64,000 bases of DNA from Polyangiaceae bacterium (GTDB lineage: Bacteria; Myxococcota_A; Polyangia; Polyangiales; Polyangiaceae), in contig JBGANF010000001.1 of the NCBI GenBank assembly GCA_044222475.1, positions 144,391 through 208,390 of the forward strand. Reading direction: 5' to 3'. Below the pieces are notes generated by a model. It saw nothing but the letters and a program-made list of their open reading frames with translations, was not told the origin of the DNA and did no database searches. The number at the start of each line of letters is the position of its first letter. The stretch's first letter is position 1. Shown in pieces: positions 31,153 to 41,180 of the stretch. The position numbers were made by a program, and so were the translations under genes.

Positions 31153-32844
31153 ATGTCCGTGCTACGAGAGGGCATGTCCCGCGTGGCCGCCCTTCAGGAT
31201 CGACTGCTCGGCCTCTTGGGCGGCAGCATCGACGGCCGCGACGCGCTCGTCGGAGCGATGCTCCGTCGCACTCCGAGCGAGGAGACCTCGTATTGGCTTC
31301 AGCTCCTCGTCTCGGTGGGGATCGCCACCCTCGGCCTCGTGGTCGGGAGCACGGCCGTCGTGATCGGGGCGATGCTCATCGCACCGTTGATGGGCCCGAT
31401 CGTGGGGCTCGCGATGGGGCTAGCCACTGGGTCGCCGTTCCTCGTCCTTCGCTCGACGGGGCGGCTGGCGCTGAGCGTCGCTGCTGCCGTCGGCGGGGCG
31501 GCCGTCATGACGGCGCTCCTCCCGTTTCACGAGGTGAACGCAGAGATCGCCGCGCGCACGTCACCGACGGCGCTCGACCTCCTCACCGCAGCGTTCTGCG
31601 CGCTCGCCGGCGTCTATGCGACCATCCGGCCGAGCACCGACACCACCGCGACGGCGGCGGGCACCTCGATTGGGATCTCCCTGGTGCCCCCGCTCTGCGC
31701 GAGCGGCTACGGGGTCGGTACGCTGGGGTGGTCGGTCGCCGGCGGTGCCGCGCTCTTGTTTCTCACGAACATGGTCGCGATCGTGGTCGTCGGGACGGTG
31801 GCGTTCGTCGCCGCCGGCTTCAACCGGGTCGATGTCGGCACGATCGAGGGCGGTGAGCTGAGCAGCCACGGGAACGACGCGAGGATCGCGCGTGCGCTCG
31901 CGCGACCTCTCGCCCACGTGTTTGCGTCCCGTTGGGGCTCACCGCTCCGCTTTCTCATGCCCTTCATCCTGCTCGCGGTGGTGTACGTCCCGCTGCGACG
32001 CGCCTTGAACGAGGTCGCTTGGGAGGTGAGGGTTCGGGCGGCAATCCGCGACACGATCGCCCATGAACCCCAGCGCGTGGTGCAGAGTCGAGCGCGCGTG
32101 GAGCACCACGGCGTCGAGCTCGTCGTCGTCATCATCGGCACCGCCGACGACGCCGAAGCGGCGCGTTCGAGGATGGATACGGAGATCCGTCAGATCGCCG
32201 GGGTCGTGCCCCGCGTCGAGGTCATGGCCGTCGCCGACGCGGAGCATCTCCAATCCGACGTACCTCCGGTCGGAGAGGCGCTCGCGCCCCCGACGCCGGA
32301 GCAACAGCTCAGTCGCGTCCAAGCGCAGATTCGGGCGAGCGTCGAGAGAGCGTGGCCGTCCACGAGCGCAGGTCTTCCGCTCGTCGTCGAGATCGGCACC
32401 GCCGACACGGGACCGTTGCGGCTCCGCGTCGTCCACCTCGGATCCGCGCTCGCGGCAGACGCGACGGAGACCGTCGAGCGCTCGGTCGGCGGCGACGTGG
32501 GGCGGCAGGTGACGCTCATCGACGTGGCCGTTCCACCGGAGGAGCTCACGCGAGCGGATGGGGACCTCGCGTTCGTCGCCCGCGTGGCGTCCGCTGCGCG
32601 CGCGACGGCCGCCGTCGCCGCCGTGAAGGTGTGCGTCGTCGAGCCATCTCGAGCACCGCGAGAAGATGCCGGGGCGTCTCCGGGGGATGGAGAGCTCGAC
32701 CGAGCCATCGACGACGCGCTCGCGGTGCACCCGCGGGTCTCGACGTCCCCCGGGGAAGCGTGGACCGTACGCTTCGTGACGGGGAGCTGTCCGACGTCGG
32801 ACGGCGGAGCGCCGGACGCCGAAGCGCCGGAGACGGGCCCCTGA
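31153..32844 (+). CDS. DUF389 family membrane protein
   Basis: AVVIGAMLIAPLMGPI, EIAARTSP, ISLVPPL, LFLTN. Confidence 0.88.
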   Translation: MSVLREGMSRVAALQDRLLGLLGGSIDGRDALVGAMLRRTPSEETSYWLQLLVSVGIATLGLVVGSTAVVIGAMLIAPLMGPIVGLAMGLATGSPFLVLRSTGRLALSVAAAVGGAAVMTALLPFHEVNAEIAARTSPTALDLLTAAFCALAGVYATIRPSTDTTATAAGTSIGISLVPPLCASGYGVGTLGWSVAGGAALLFLTNMVAIVVVGTVAFVAAGFNRVDVGTIEGGELSSHGNDARIARALARPLAHVFASRWGSPLRFLMPFILLAVVYVPLRRALNEVAWEVRVRAAIRDTIAHEPQRVVQSRARVEHHGVELVVVIIGTADDAEAARSRMDTEIRQIAGVVPRVEVMAVADAEHLQSDVPPVGEALAPPTPEQQLSRVQAQIRASVERAWPSTSAGLPLVVEIGTADTGPLRLRVVHLGSALAADATETVERSVGGDVGRQVTLIDVAVPPEELTRADGDLAFVARVASAARATAAVAAVKVCVVEPSRAPREDAGASPGDGELDRAIDDALAVHPRVSTSPGEAWTVRFVTGSCPTSDGGAPDAEAPETGP

Positions 32845-32848
32845 CGGC

Positions 32849-33712
32849 TCAGCTCGGGAGCGGTGTGACCAGCACCGACCGCTGCGCCTTCTCGGCGACG
32901 TCTGCCGCTACGCTCCTCCCGACGAGACGCGCGAACCACGACCGCCGCCGTGTTCCGACCACGACGACGTCGGCGCGACGCGCGCGGGCTTCCTGCAGGA
33001 TCGCGTCGACTACGTCGAGCTCCTGCGCGACGACATGGTCGCCTTCGATGCCGATGTCGCGAGTGGCGCGACGCAGATGCTCCTCGCGCCAGGAGCACTC
33101 CGTCCCCGCGGTGAGCACCATGCCCGGCCACGTCGGGGCGAACCCGACGAGGCTCGCCCTCGGGGTCGCGTTGTGGACTGCCACGATGGGCGCGTCGAGC
33201 TGCTCGGCGAGCGCGGCCGCGCGGCGCAGCACCGGGTAGTCCTCTCGCTCGAGATCGGTCGCGGCGAGGATCGACTCGTCGGTAGCCATCGCGCGAGCGA
33301 CGAGCACGGGGAGCGCGCTCCGGATCGCCAACGCCGTGGCGAAGTCCCCGATGCCCGAGCTAGCGGCGAGCACGACGATCTCGGCGCCGAGCTCGGCGAC
33401 GCGCTCGCTGACCCCTTCTACGACGTCCCCGTTCGGGACGTGGAGTCCCTCGACCGGGACGGCTCGCCCCAGGAACCACGAGCACCAGCGAGCCGTCTCT
33501 CCGTCGACCTCGATCTGCGCCTCCGCCGAGACGACGACTCCGCCGAGATCGACCTCGGGGAAGAGGGGATGCCCGAACGGCGGCGCCACCTCGACCCGTA
33601 GGATCCGAAGGTCCCGCTGAAGCACCCGCGACAGGGCAAACGCCCGCCGCAGTGCAGGCAAGGGCTGTTCTCCTCCAAACGTGACGAGAATGATGGCGCC
33701 TCGGAGCTTCAT
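32849..33712 (-). CDS. Universal stress protein
   Basis: ILAATDL, ADVVVVG..GRSVAADV, QRSVLVTP. Confidence 0.85.
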   Translation of the reverse strand: MKLRGAIILVTFGGEQPLPALRRAFALSRVLQRDLRILRVEVAPPFGHPLFPEVDLGGVVVSAEAQIEVDGETARWCSWFLGRAVPVEGLHVPNGDVVEGVSERVAELGAEIVVLAASSGIGDFATALAIRSALPVLVARAMATDESILAATDLEREDYPVLRRAAALAEQLDAPIVAVHNATPRASLVGFAPTWPGMVLTAGTECSWREEHLRRATRDIGIEGDHVVAQELDVVDAILQEARARRADVVVVGTRRRSWFARLVGRSVAADVAEKAQRSVLVTPLPS

Positions 33713-33730
33713 CGGCTCTCCTCTTCATGG

Positions 33731-33797
33731 AACATGGGCCCCGGGCGAGATGTGCGCCATGACGAAAGACCGACGTAATAGGTCGTCTGGTTCGACA
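33731..33797 (-). promoter_or_regulatory. LysR-type promoter module, copy 3
   Basis: Minus strand reads TGTCG-N7-CGACC, N12, CTTTCG, N26, CATGTT. Confidence 0.75.
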
Positions 33798-33879
33798 TGA
33801 GGCTCGGCCACCGAGCGCGAACCGCGAGATCTCGATTCGACTGGTCACGCGGACCACGGGAATCCACAATCGGTCGGCC

Positions 33880-34920
33880 ATGGCGTCGGCGGAGCAGCTC
33901 CGGGCACTCGAGATCATCCAGCGCGAAGGGTGGAACGGCACGTCGTTTCAGACGCTCAACGAGGGCTTCCGCTATCACTTCACCGCCGACGGCGTGGTCG
34001 CCTACGTCGACACGGGGAGCGCTTGGGTAGCCCCCGGTGCGCCCATCGCACCGCGCGAGCGGCTCGCCGAGGTCGCCGACGACTTTCGCAGAGCAGCGGC
34101 GGCGGCCGGACGCGACGTCTGCTTCTTCGCCGCCACGTCGCGGTTCGTCGACGCCGCGCCCGAGTGGAGGCCCCTCCTCGTCGGCGAACAGCCGCTGTTC
34201 TCGCCGCGCACGTGGGTCGACCGCTTCGACCGCACGCGATCGATTGCGTCCCAAGTCCGACGGGCGGAGGCCAAAGGCGTCGCGATCCGTCGCGTTTCCG
34301 CCGACGAGCTCGCGCCCGGCACGCCCCTCCGCGCCGCGGTCGACGCCGTGTTCGCGTCGTGGATCGCCACGCGTCGTCTGGCGCCGATGGGCTTCCTCGT
34401 GGACCTGCAGCCGTTCGCCTTCTCCGAAGAGCGACGCACGCTCGTCGCGGAGCGAAACGGAGAGGTCGTCGCGGTGCTCGTCGCGGCGCCGATCTACGCG
34501 CGCCGGGGCCTCCTCGTCGACTTTCTCGCGCGACGGCACGATGCGCCGAACGGAACTGTCGAGGCGCTCGTCGATGCGGTCATGCGAGAGGCGGACCACG
34601 AAGGCCTCGAGATCGTGACCCTCGGCATGGCGCCGCTCGCCGGCGTCGGCTCGCGTCGCCTGCGATTCGCGCGTTGGGTCTCGCGGCCGCTCTACGACTT
34701 CGCCGGCCTCCACGCCTTTCGACAGAAGCTCCGGCCCGACGCGTGGGAGCCGCTGTACCTCGTCGTCCCACCGGGAAGCGGACGGTGGGGCGCGTTGCTC
34801 GAGTCGCTCCGGGCGTTCGCGCGAGGCAGTTTGGTCGGGTTCGCTGCGGCGAGCGCCCGCCACCTCGCGCGCCGTTGGCTCGCAAGGCACGCACCGGCCC
34901 TTCCGCAGTCGACGGGTTGA
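33880..34920 (+). CDS. Stand-alone phosphatidylglycerol aminoacyltransferase C-terminal domain (DUF2156)
   Basis: VAPGAPI, MGFLV, DAPNGTVEAL, LGMAPLA, YDFAGLHAFRQKLRP..WEPLYL. Confidence 0.85.
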   Translation: MASAEQLRALEIIQREGWNGTSFQTLNEGFRYHFTADGVVAYVDTGSAWVAPGAPIAPRERLAEVADDFRRAAAAAGRDVCFFAATSRFVDAAPEWRPLLVGEQPLFSPRTWVDRFDRTRSIASQVRRAEAKGVAIRRVSADELAPGTPLRAAVDAVFASWIATRRLAPMGFLVDLQPFAFSEERRTLVAERNGEVVAVLVAAPIYARRGLLVDFLARRHDAPNGTVEALVDAVMREADHEGLEIVTLGMAPLAGVGSRRLRFARWVSRPLYDFAGLHAFRQKLRPDAWEPLYLVVPPGSGRWGALLESLRAFARGSLVGFAAASARHLARRWLARHAPALPQSTG

Positions 34921-34928
34921 CGTACAGT

Positions 34929-35069
34929 CCGTTTGCATCAAGGGAACGGGCGAGTCGGCGCGCGCGCGGAAGCGGGCTCGGGCTCGGCATCGCGCGAGAA
35001 ATTGCCGGCGCGCAGGGAGTGGATGTGACACTCCGCAACGACGACGGTGCAGGGCGACATTCGTCGTGA
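34929..35069 (+). pseudogene. C-terminal fragment of a sensor histidine kinase
   Basis: PFASRERASRRARGSGLGLGIAREIAGAQGVDVTLRN matches the HATPase F/G2 boxes. No N-terminal part is present. Confidence 0.65.
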
Positions 35070-35153
35070 CGCTGCAGCGGGCCATTCTGAACGAGACGTA
35101 AGATAGGTGCGCGATGGCGCGCGCTATCTCGGGTGCATGGAGATGCAGCTCTG

Positions 35154-38100
35154 ATGTCTGGCGTCGTGCGCTGGGCAGCGGAGAACGCGCTCGTCGTCGT
35201 GCTTCTCACGTTGTCCATCGTACTGGGCGGCGCGTTCGCCGTGTCGCGGCTGCCGATCGATGCCGTGCCCGACGTCACGAACGTGCAGGTGCAGGTGGTC
35301 ACGCGCGTTCCCGCACTCTCGGCGGGCGAAGTCGAAACACAGATCACACAACCGGTCGAACGGACGATGGCCGGCGTTCCGAACTTGAAAGAGATCCGAA
35401 GCATCACGAAGCTCGGTATCTCCGTCGTCACGCTCGTCTTCGCGGATGGCGTCGACGTGTACTTTGCGCGCGCACTCGTGAATGAGCGCCTCACCGCCGT
35501 CCGCGATCTCATCCCGGCCGAGGTCGGAAAACCGTCGCTTGGTCCGATCTCGACGGGCCTCGGTGAGATCTACATGTTCGAGCTGCGTCCCACGCTCGAC
35601 GGTGCACGCTCCAACGAAGAGATTCGGACGATCCTCGATTGGCAGGTCGCTCCACGGCTTCGCCAAGTGCCCGGGGTGATCGACGTCGTACCGTTCGGCG
35701 GATCGGTGAAGCAATATCGTGTCATCCTCGACCCCGAGCGCTTGCGCGCGAGCTCCGTGTCGGTGGACGAGGTCAAGGCGGCGCTCCAGCAAGACAACGC
35801 GGTCACGGGCGGCGGCTACATCGAGCGCGATGGCGAGGCGGTTGCAATCCGTGGCGACGCTCGTTTCCGCAGCCTGGAGGACATCGGCGAGACCGTGGTG
35901 CGGATCGACGATCGCGGAGCGCCCATCACGGTATCCCAGCTCGGCGAAGTCGACACCGGACCCGCGCTTCGCACGGGCGCGATGACGCGCGATGGACGAG
36001 GCGAGATCGTCGGCGCGAGCGTGTGGATGCTCAAGGACTCGAACAGCCGCAAGGTCGTCGCCGACGTCAAGCTCGCGCTCGAAGAGATCAAGCCGCGACT
36101 CCCGGAGAACCTGATCGTCGACCCCTACTACGATCGCGCCGAGTTCATCGATCGCGTCGTGGGGACCGTGCTGCACAACCTCGTCGAAGGAGCGGTGCTC
36201 GTCGTGGTCTGTCTTCTGCTCACGTTGGGGAGCATTCGCGCGGGGTTGATCGTGGCGGGCGCGATCCCGTTCGCGATGCTCGTCGCGATGATCGGTCTCA
36301 ACGCGATCGGCATGAGCGGCAACGTCATGTCGCTCGGATCGATCGACTTCGGCATCGTCGTCGAGGGGGCGGTCGTCGTCGTGGAGCATGCGTTGACGCA
36401 CATGGGTCCGGACGGGAGTCGCCGGCGGCGCAAGGAAGCGCTCGTCAACGCGATGTCCGGGGTCGCGCGGCCCGTGGTCTTCAGCGTCGTCATCGTGACG
36501 TTGGTCTTCCTCCCGCTCGTCACGCTCGAAGACGTGGAAGGGAAGATGTTCCGCCCGGTCGTCTTCTCGCTCGTCTTCATGCTCATCGGAGCTCTCTTCT
36601 ATGCTCTCGTCGTGATCCCCGCCGTCACCCCGATCGCGTTCCTGAAGACGGCCAAACCCACGACGCCGATCAGCGTGCGGGCGATGGAACGCATCTACCG
36701 CCCGACGCTGGATCTCGTGCTCCGTCGACCGTGGCTCACGATCGGCACCGCGTACGTCGGCGCAGCGCTGTTGCTCGCGGTCGCGAGCACGATCGGCGCT
36801 GAATTTCTTCCGCGCATCTTCGAGGGAGCGATCGCAGTCGATGCGCGTCGGCCACCGAGCGTCAGCTTGTCGAACGCGATCTCCATGGGTGCGGAGACGG
36901 AGCGCGCGGCAAAGGAGGTGCCCGAGGTCGTCACCGTGATCGACCGCATCGGACGCCCGGAGGGATCGATCGATCCCGCGAGCTTCGAGTCGACCGATCT
37001 CTTCATCATCCTGAAGCCGCAGAGCGAATGGCGCAGCGGCATGACGCCGGACAAGCTCGTGGCCGAGATTGACGCCAAGCTCGACGCGCGGGTGCCGGCG
37101 ACGAGCCATGCGTTCTCGCAGCCGATCGAGATGCGCGTCAACGAGCTCGTCGCTGGTGTGAAGAGCGATCTCGCCATCAAGGTATTCGGTTACGACCTCG
37201 AGGCGATGACGGACGTGGCGGCGCAGCTCAAGAAGGTGATCGAGACGGTGCCCGGCGCGGCCGACGTGAAGATGGAGATCGCGACCGGCCTTCCCTCCGT
37301 GCGCGTCTCGGTGCAGCGCAATCACGCGGGCCGGCTCGCGGTCGCGCCGCGCAGCGTGCTCGATCTCGTCGAGATGTCGCGCGCGGGAATGACGATCGGC
37401 CAGGTGCGCGAGAAGGAGCGCGTGTTCGACCTCGTGATGAAACTCGGGAGCGCGAGCATGGACGAGACCACCGATCTGGCTCGGCTCCCCGTGACGACGA
37501 AGCAAGGCGGAGTCGTTCCGCTCTCTGCCGTTGCCGACGTGAAACGGGAGAACACGGTGGTTCAGATCAGCCGCGAGCGCATGAAGCGACGACTGGTTGT
37601 GGAGTGCAACATACGCGGTCGAGATCTCGTCGGCTTCGTTACCGAAGCGCAGCACCGCGTCGACGCCGAGGTCAAGCCGACCGCGGGGCTCGAGGTCGTG
37701 TGGGGCGGGCAGTTCCAGAATTTCAATCGGGCCAAGACGCGCCTCACGATCCTCGTACCGGTCGCGCTCGTCATCATCGCGGTGCTCCTCGTGATGACCT
37801 TCCGCTCCGTCCGCTACATGGCGGTGACGCTACTGAATCTTCCGTTCGCCGTCGCGGGAGGCGCGTTTGCGCTCTGGGCGCGTGGGTTGCCGTTCAGCAT
37901 CCCTGCAGGCGTGGGGTTCATCGCGCTCTCGGGCGTCGCCGTCATGACGGGAGTGGTGATGACGACGAATCTCATGGCGATCCCCAAATCGGTCAACGCG
38001 GTCGAGCGCGTGCGCCGCGCGGCGATGCAATCGCTTCGACCCGTCGCGTCCACCGCGTTGGTCGCCGCGATCGGCTTCGTGCCAATGGCGATCGCCACCG

Positions 38101-38282
38101 GGCCCGGCGCCGAGGTGCAGCGGCCGCTCGCGACCGTCGTCATTTTCGGTCTCGTGGCCGCGGCGATGTTCTCGTTGCCGGCGTTGCCGGCGCTGCTCTG
38201 GGTGGTGGCGCGGAAGGAAGGAGAAGACGTCGCCGCCGAAGCCAGCTCCACGGAGCGCCCTGAGCCCCCCCCATCCGCGTGA
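35154..38282 (+). CDS. CzcA/CusA family heavy-metal RND efflux permease
   Basis: LPIDAVPDVTNVQVQV, SLGSIDFG, EGKMFRP, GAEVQRPLATVVI. Confidence 0.95.
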   Translation: MSGVVRWAAENALVVVLLTLSIVLGGAFAVSRLPIDAVPDVTNVQVQVVTRVPALSAGEVETQITQPVERTMAGVPNLKEIRSITKLGISVVTLVFADGVDVYFARALVNERLTAVRDLIPAEVGKPSLGPISTGLGEIYMFELRPTLDGARSNEEIRTILDWQVAPRLRQVPGVIDVVPFGGSVKQYRVILDPERLRASSVSVDEVKAALQQDNAVTGGGYIERDGEAVAIRGDARFRSLEDIGETVVRIDDRGAPITVSQLGEVDTGPALRTGAMTRDGRGEIVGASVWMLKDSNSRKVVADVKLALEEIKPRLPENLIVDPYYDRAEFIDRVVGTVLHNLVEGAVLVVVCLLLTLGSIRAGLIVAGAIPFAMLVAMIGLNAIGMSGNVMSLGSIDFGIVVEGAVVVVEHALTHMGPDGSRRRRKEALVNAMSGVARPVVFSVVIVTLVFLPLVTLEDVEGKMFRPVVFSLVFMLIGALFYALVVIPAVTPIAFLKTAKPTTPISVRAMERIYRPTLDLVLRRPWLTIGTAYVGAALLLAVASTIGAEFLPRIFEGAIAVDARRPPSVSLSNAISMGAETERAAKEVPEVVTVIDRIGRPEGSIDPASFESTDLFIILKPQSEWRSGMTPDKLVAEIDAKLDARVPATSHAFSQPIEMRVNELVAGVKSDLAIKVFGYDLEAMTDVAAQLKKVIETVPGAADVKMEIATGLPSVRVSVQRNHAGRLAVAPRSVLDLVEMSRAGMTIGQVREKERVFDLVMKLGSASMDETTDLARLPVTTKQGGVVPLSAVADVKRENTVVQISRERMKRRLVVECNIRGRDLVGFVTEAQHRVDAEVKPTAGLEVVWGGQFQNFNRAKTRLTILVPVALVIIAVLLVMTFRSVRYMAVTLLNLPFAVAGGAFALWARGLPFSIPAGVGFIALSGVAVMTGVVMTTNLMAIPKSVNAVERVRRAAMQSLRPVASTALVAAIGFVPMAIATGPGAEVQRPLATVVIFGLVAAAMFSLPALPALLWVVARKEGEDVAAEASSTERPEPPPSA

Positions 38283-38609
38283 TGCGCTCGCCGAGCGCGT
38301 TCGTTCTCCCGCTCGCGTCTTGGCTGCCGCGCGCGGGGCGGGCCGAATCAGGGGCCGCGAGAAGCGCCCGATGCTCCGCCCGCGAGGAGGCCCGCCCCGA
38401 CGCGCACGACGTAGCGGTTCATCTCGGTCCGAGCTTCGTCATGGTCCACGGACAGTGCCGTGCCCAGGATCTCTCGAACACCACTCGAAAGGAGAATCTC
38501 GTGCGTCGTGTCGTGGTCGCTCTAGCACTCGTTCGGCGCAGCGAGCGTCGCGTTGGGCCAGCCGTGTGACGTGGCTGCCCCCGCCAGCGAACCGAGGTAC
38601 GCTGGTGTG

Positions 38610-39881
38610 ATGAAGCGGCTCGCATCGCTCGGCTGTGTCGCGTTCGTGATCGCGGCATGCGGATCACGCACCGGGCTGGACGAGTCCGCGCGCGCCGGGC
38701 AACTCTGCGGCAACGGCAAGATCGACTCCGGCGAGGCCTGCGACGACGGCAACACGGTCGACACCGACGCGTGTCGCGCCAACTGCACCCGCTCGATCTG
38801 CGGAGACGGCGTCGTGTGGGTCGGCGTCGAGACCTGCGACGACGGCAACACGGTCGACGGCGACGCGTGCCCGGCGAACTGCGGCCCGAAGACCTGCGGC
38901 GACGGCGTCGTGCAACCGCCGGAGGCCTGCGACGACGGCAACAAGGATCAGACCGACGACTGCCTCTCGAGCTGCGCGAAGCCGTACTGCGGCGACGCCT
39001 TCGTCCACCAGGGCGTCGAGACCTGCGACGACGGCAACACGATCTCCACCGACGACTGCGTGTCGTGCAAGGCACCCCGCTGCGGCGACGGCTTCACCTG
39101 GGCCGGGCACGAGCAGTGCGACGACGGAAACCTGATCGACGACGACGGGTGCCAGAACGACTGCAAGCTCCCCGTCTGCGGCGACGGTCGGCGCGCGGGC
39201 AGCGAAGAGTGCGACCAAGGCTCGTCCAACACCGATCGCCCCGCGTTCGAGGTCTCGCAGCCGACGACCGCCCCCTTCGGGACCAACGCGCTCGTGCGCA
39301 AGCAGTCGGCCACTGCATTCTACAACTACTACTCGGCGAGCTCGCACACTGGCTTCGAAGCCCCTACCGAGAGCCGCACGTACATGTACATCGACGGCAA
39401 CACCGGCCGCCTGTCGCTCTTCGTGACCCACGGCCAGGACGGAAACCAGCCCTCGTCCCAGGTGAACATGACGATCACCGGGATCCCGCCCGGGTTCGCG
39501 ATCGACATCGCCGACGACAACCCCGGCGAGTTCTTCGCCACCGGCCCTTCCTCGGCTCAGGGGAAGTGGAACTTCGACGCCAACAGCGACGGCGGGGTCA
39601 TCGGCGGGCTCCCCTTCCCCGGCACGTGGAAGATCGTGATCACCCCGAGCTTCGTCAAGGGCATCAGCTCGTGGGGCTTCGTGAAGGCCGACCTCACGCG
39701 CGTGCAGCTCAAGGTCGTCGAGCCGGTGACCATCCAGGCCTACGACTCGGCCGGCACGTGCCGAAAGAACTGCACCATCCCGCGGTGCGGCGACGGCGTG
39801 CTCGACGGCGGCGAGATCTGCGACGACGGGAACGTAGTGGGCGGGGACGGCTGCGCCGCGAACTGCCTCAGCCTGAAGTGA
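38610..39881 (+). CDS. Myxococcal Cys-rich repeat (DUF4215-like) lipoprotein
   Basis: Lipobox IAAC and repeated CGDG..E.CDDGN...D.C units around a non-repeat domain. Confidence 0.9.
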   Translation: MKRLASLGCVAFVIAACGSRTGLDESARAGQLCGNGKIDSGEACDDGNTVDTDACRANCTRSICGDGVVWVGVETCDDGNTVDGDACPANCGPKTCGDGVVQPPEACDDGNKDQTDDCLSSCAKPYCGDAFVHQGVETCDDGNTISTDDCVSCKAPRCGDGFTWAGHEQCDDGNLIDDDGCQNDCKLPVCGDGRRAGSEECDQGSSNTDRPAFEVSQPTTAPFGTNALVRKQSATAFYNYYSASSHTGFEAPTESRTYMYIDGNTGRLSLFVTHGQDGNQPSSQVNMTITGIPPGFAIDIADDNPGEFFATGPSSAQGKWNFDANSDGGVIGGLPFPGTWKIVITPSFVKGISSWGFVKADLTRVQLKVVEPVTIQAYDSAGTCRKNCTIPRCGDGVLDGGEICDDGNVVGGDGCAANCLSLK

Positions 39882-39954
39882 CGGTGACTCGACACTTCAT
39901 GTCGAAATATCCACATGTCGCTCGAGTGGTCGCGGGCGCATGCTTGGGTCAGAG

Positions 39955-40203
39955 ATGCAACGATTCGACCCAGAGGCCGTCGACCTCCGAGTCCTCGCGC
40001 AGAAGCTCGCGAGCGACCTGGGGTCGGTGGTGACCGGCGCCGTCGTCGGCCGCACCCGCTTGCGCGACGCGGTGGTGCGCGACCTCGCATGCTCCCTCCT
40101 CGAGGCCGAGCAGGTCGTGGATACGATGGTGGGCCGGGGGTTCTTGCGTATGGAGGAGCCGGCAAGCGGACTGATTTGGTGGCGAATCGTGTCCGATCCC
40201 TAG
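39955..40203 (+). CDS. Hypothetical protein (82 aa)
   Basis: Compact protein-like ORF (GRTRLRDAV..CSLLEAEQVVDTM). Confidence 0.65.
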   Translation: MQRFDPEAVDLRVLAQKLASDLGSVVTGAVVGRTRLRDAVVRDLACSLLEAEQVVDTMVGRGFLRMEEPASGLIWWRIVSDP

Positions 40204-40243
40204 GTATCCGACGCGGAAGGGAGTTTTTTTTCATCGACGAGCC

Positions 40244-40269
40244 GAACATTTTTCCTCGACCGGTTTCTA
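40244..40269 (+). promoter_or_regulatory. Possible ECF sigma promoter
   Basis: GAAC-N18-TCTA upstream of the operon that encodes the ECF sigma factor. Confidence 0.4.
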
Positions 40270-40291
40270 CTGAGGGAAAGGTTGGTGCTCG

Positions 40292-40654
40292 ATGTGGAAG
40301 AACTTCTTCGAAAACGGTGGGTTCGGGATGTACCCGGTGTCGCTCTTCGGCTTGTTCCTGATCGCGTCGGCGATCCTCTACGTGATGAGGCCGCAGCAGA
40401 AGACCGCCCGGCTGGCGATGCTCTTCGGGGGGCTCACGTTTGCGGCGGGGCTCCTCGGCGCGGTCGTGGGGATGTGCAACACCTTCCACTACCTCCCCCA
40501 AGTGGCCCACGCCGATCAGCTCGAGATCGCGGCGCTGGGATGCGAGGAGTCGCTCCACAACGTCGTGCTCGCGTTGATGCTCGTCGTGCTGGGCGGGTTG
40601 ATCGCCAGCGTCGGCACCCAGCGCCAACGCGACGCAGCCCCTCTGGCCTCGTGA
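40292..40654 (+). CDS. Small 3-TM protein, MotA/TolQ/ExbB-like
   Basis: FFENGGFGMYP, GLLGAVVGM..TF, three hydrophobic segments. Confidence 0.6.
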   Translation: MWKNFFENGGFGMYPVSLFGLFLIASAILYVMRPQQKTARLAMLFGGLTFAAGLLGAVVGMCNTFHYLPQVAHADQLEIAALGCEESLHNVVLALMLVVLGGLIASVGTQRQRDAAPLAS

Positions 40655-40661
40655 GCGAAGG

Positions 40662-41180
40662 ATGGACTCGGACGAATCGCTGTTCGAGCGGCTCCTCGCC
40701 GGAGACATGGCCGCGTTCGATCGTCTCTACGAGCGGTACGAGCGCCCGCTCTTCGGGTTCGTCCGGCTGCGCGTCGGTGACGCCGAGGCGGAGGACGTCC
40801 TCCACGAGGCCTTCATGGCCGTCCTCCGAGAGCGCGAGCGACGGAGCGAAGTCCGGAGCTTTCGGGCGTGGCTCTACCAGGTCGCGAACAACCTCTGCCG
40901 GAACCGGTCGCGCTCGCAGAAGCGGGCCGCAGCCGCGCGGGTCGACGTCGCCGACGTCGCCGAACCGGGAGCGGACGCCGCACTCGACGAGCACCAGCGG
41001 ACCGAGCGCTTGCGGCGCGCCGTCGCGCGCCTGCCGCAGCCGCTCGCGGAGGTCTACCGCCTCCGCGCCGCCGGGATGTCGTACGACGAGCTCGCGACGG
41101 CGCTCGACGTCCCGCTCGGGACGGTCAAGTCGCGCATGCACGAGATGGTGAAATGGCTTCGAGAGGAGATCGCCCGATGA
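40662..41180 (+). CDS. ECF RNA polymerase sigma factor
   Basis: AFDRLYERY, AEDVLHEAF, FRAWLY, GTVKSRMH. Confidence 0.93.
   Translation: MDSDESLFERLLAGDMAAFDRLYERYERPLFGFVRLRVGDAEAEDVLHEAFMAVLRERERRSEVRSFRAWLYQVANNLCRNRSRSQKRAAAARVDVADVAEPGADAALDEHQRTERLRRAVARLPQPLAEVYRLRAAGMSYDELATALDVPLGTVKSRMHEMVKWLREEIAR

Noticed and set aside
33713..33798. Short ORF MSNQTTYY.. upstream of the USP
   Set aside because: It coincides with the conserved promoter module and is better explained as regulatory DNA.
38279..38569. 96-aa ORF after czcA
   Set aside because: Low-complexity composition. Only a possible truncated gene start near 38500 is visible.
39900..39916. Fourth copy of the LysR promoter module (TGTCGAAATATCCACAT)
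   Set aside because: The right half-site is poor, and CTTTCG is absent at the conserved spacing.
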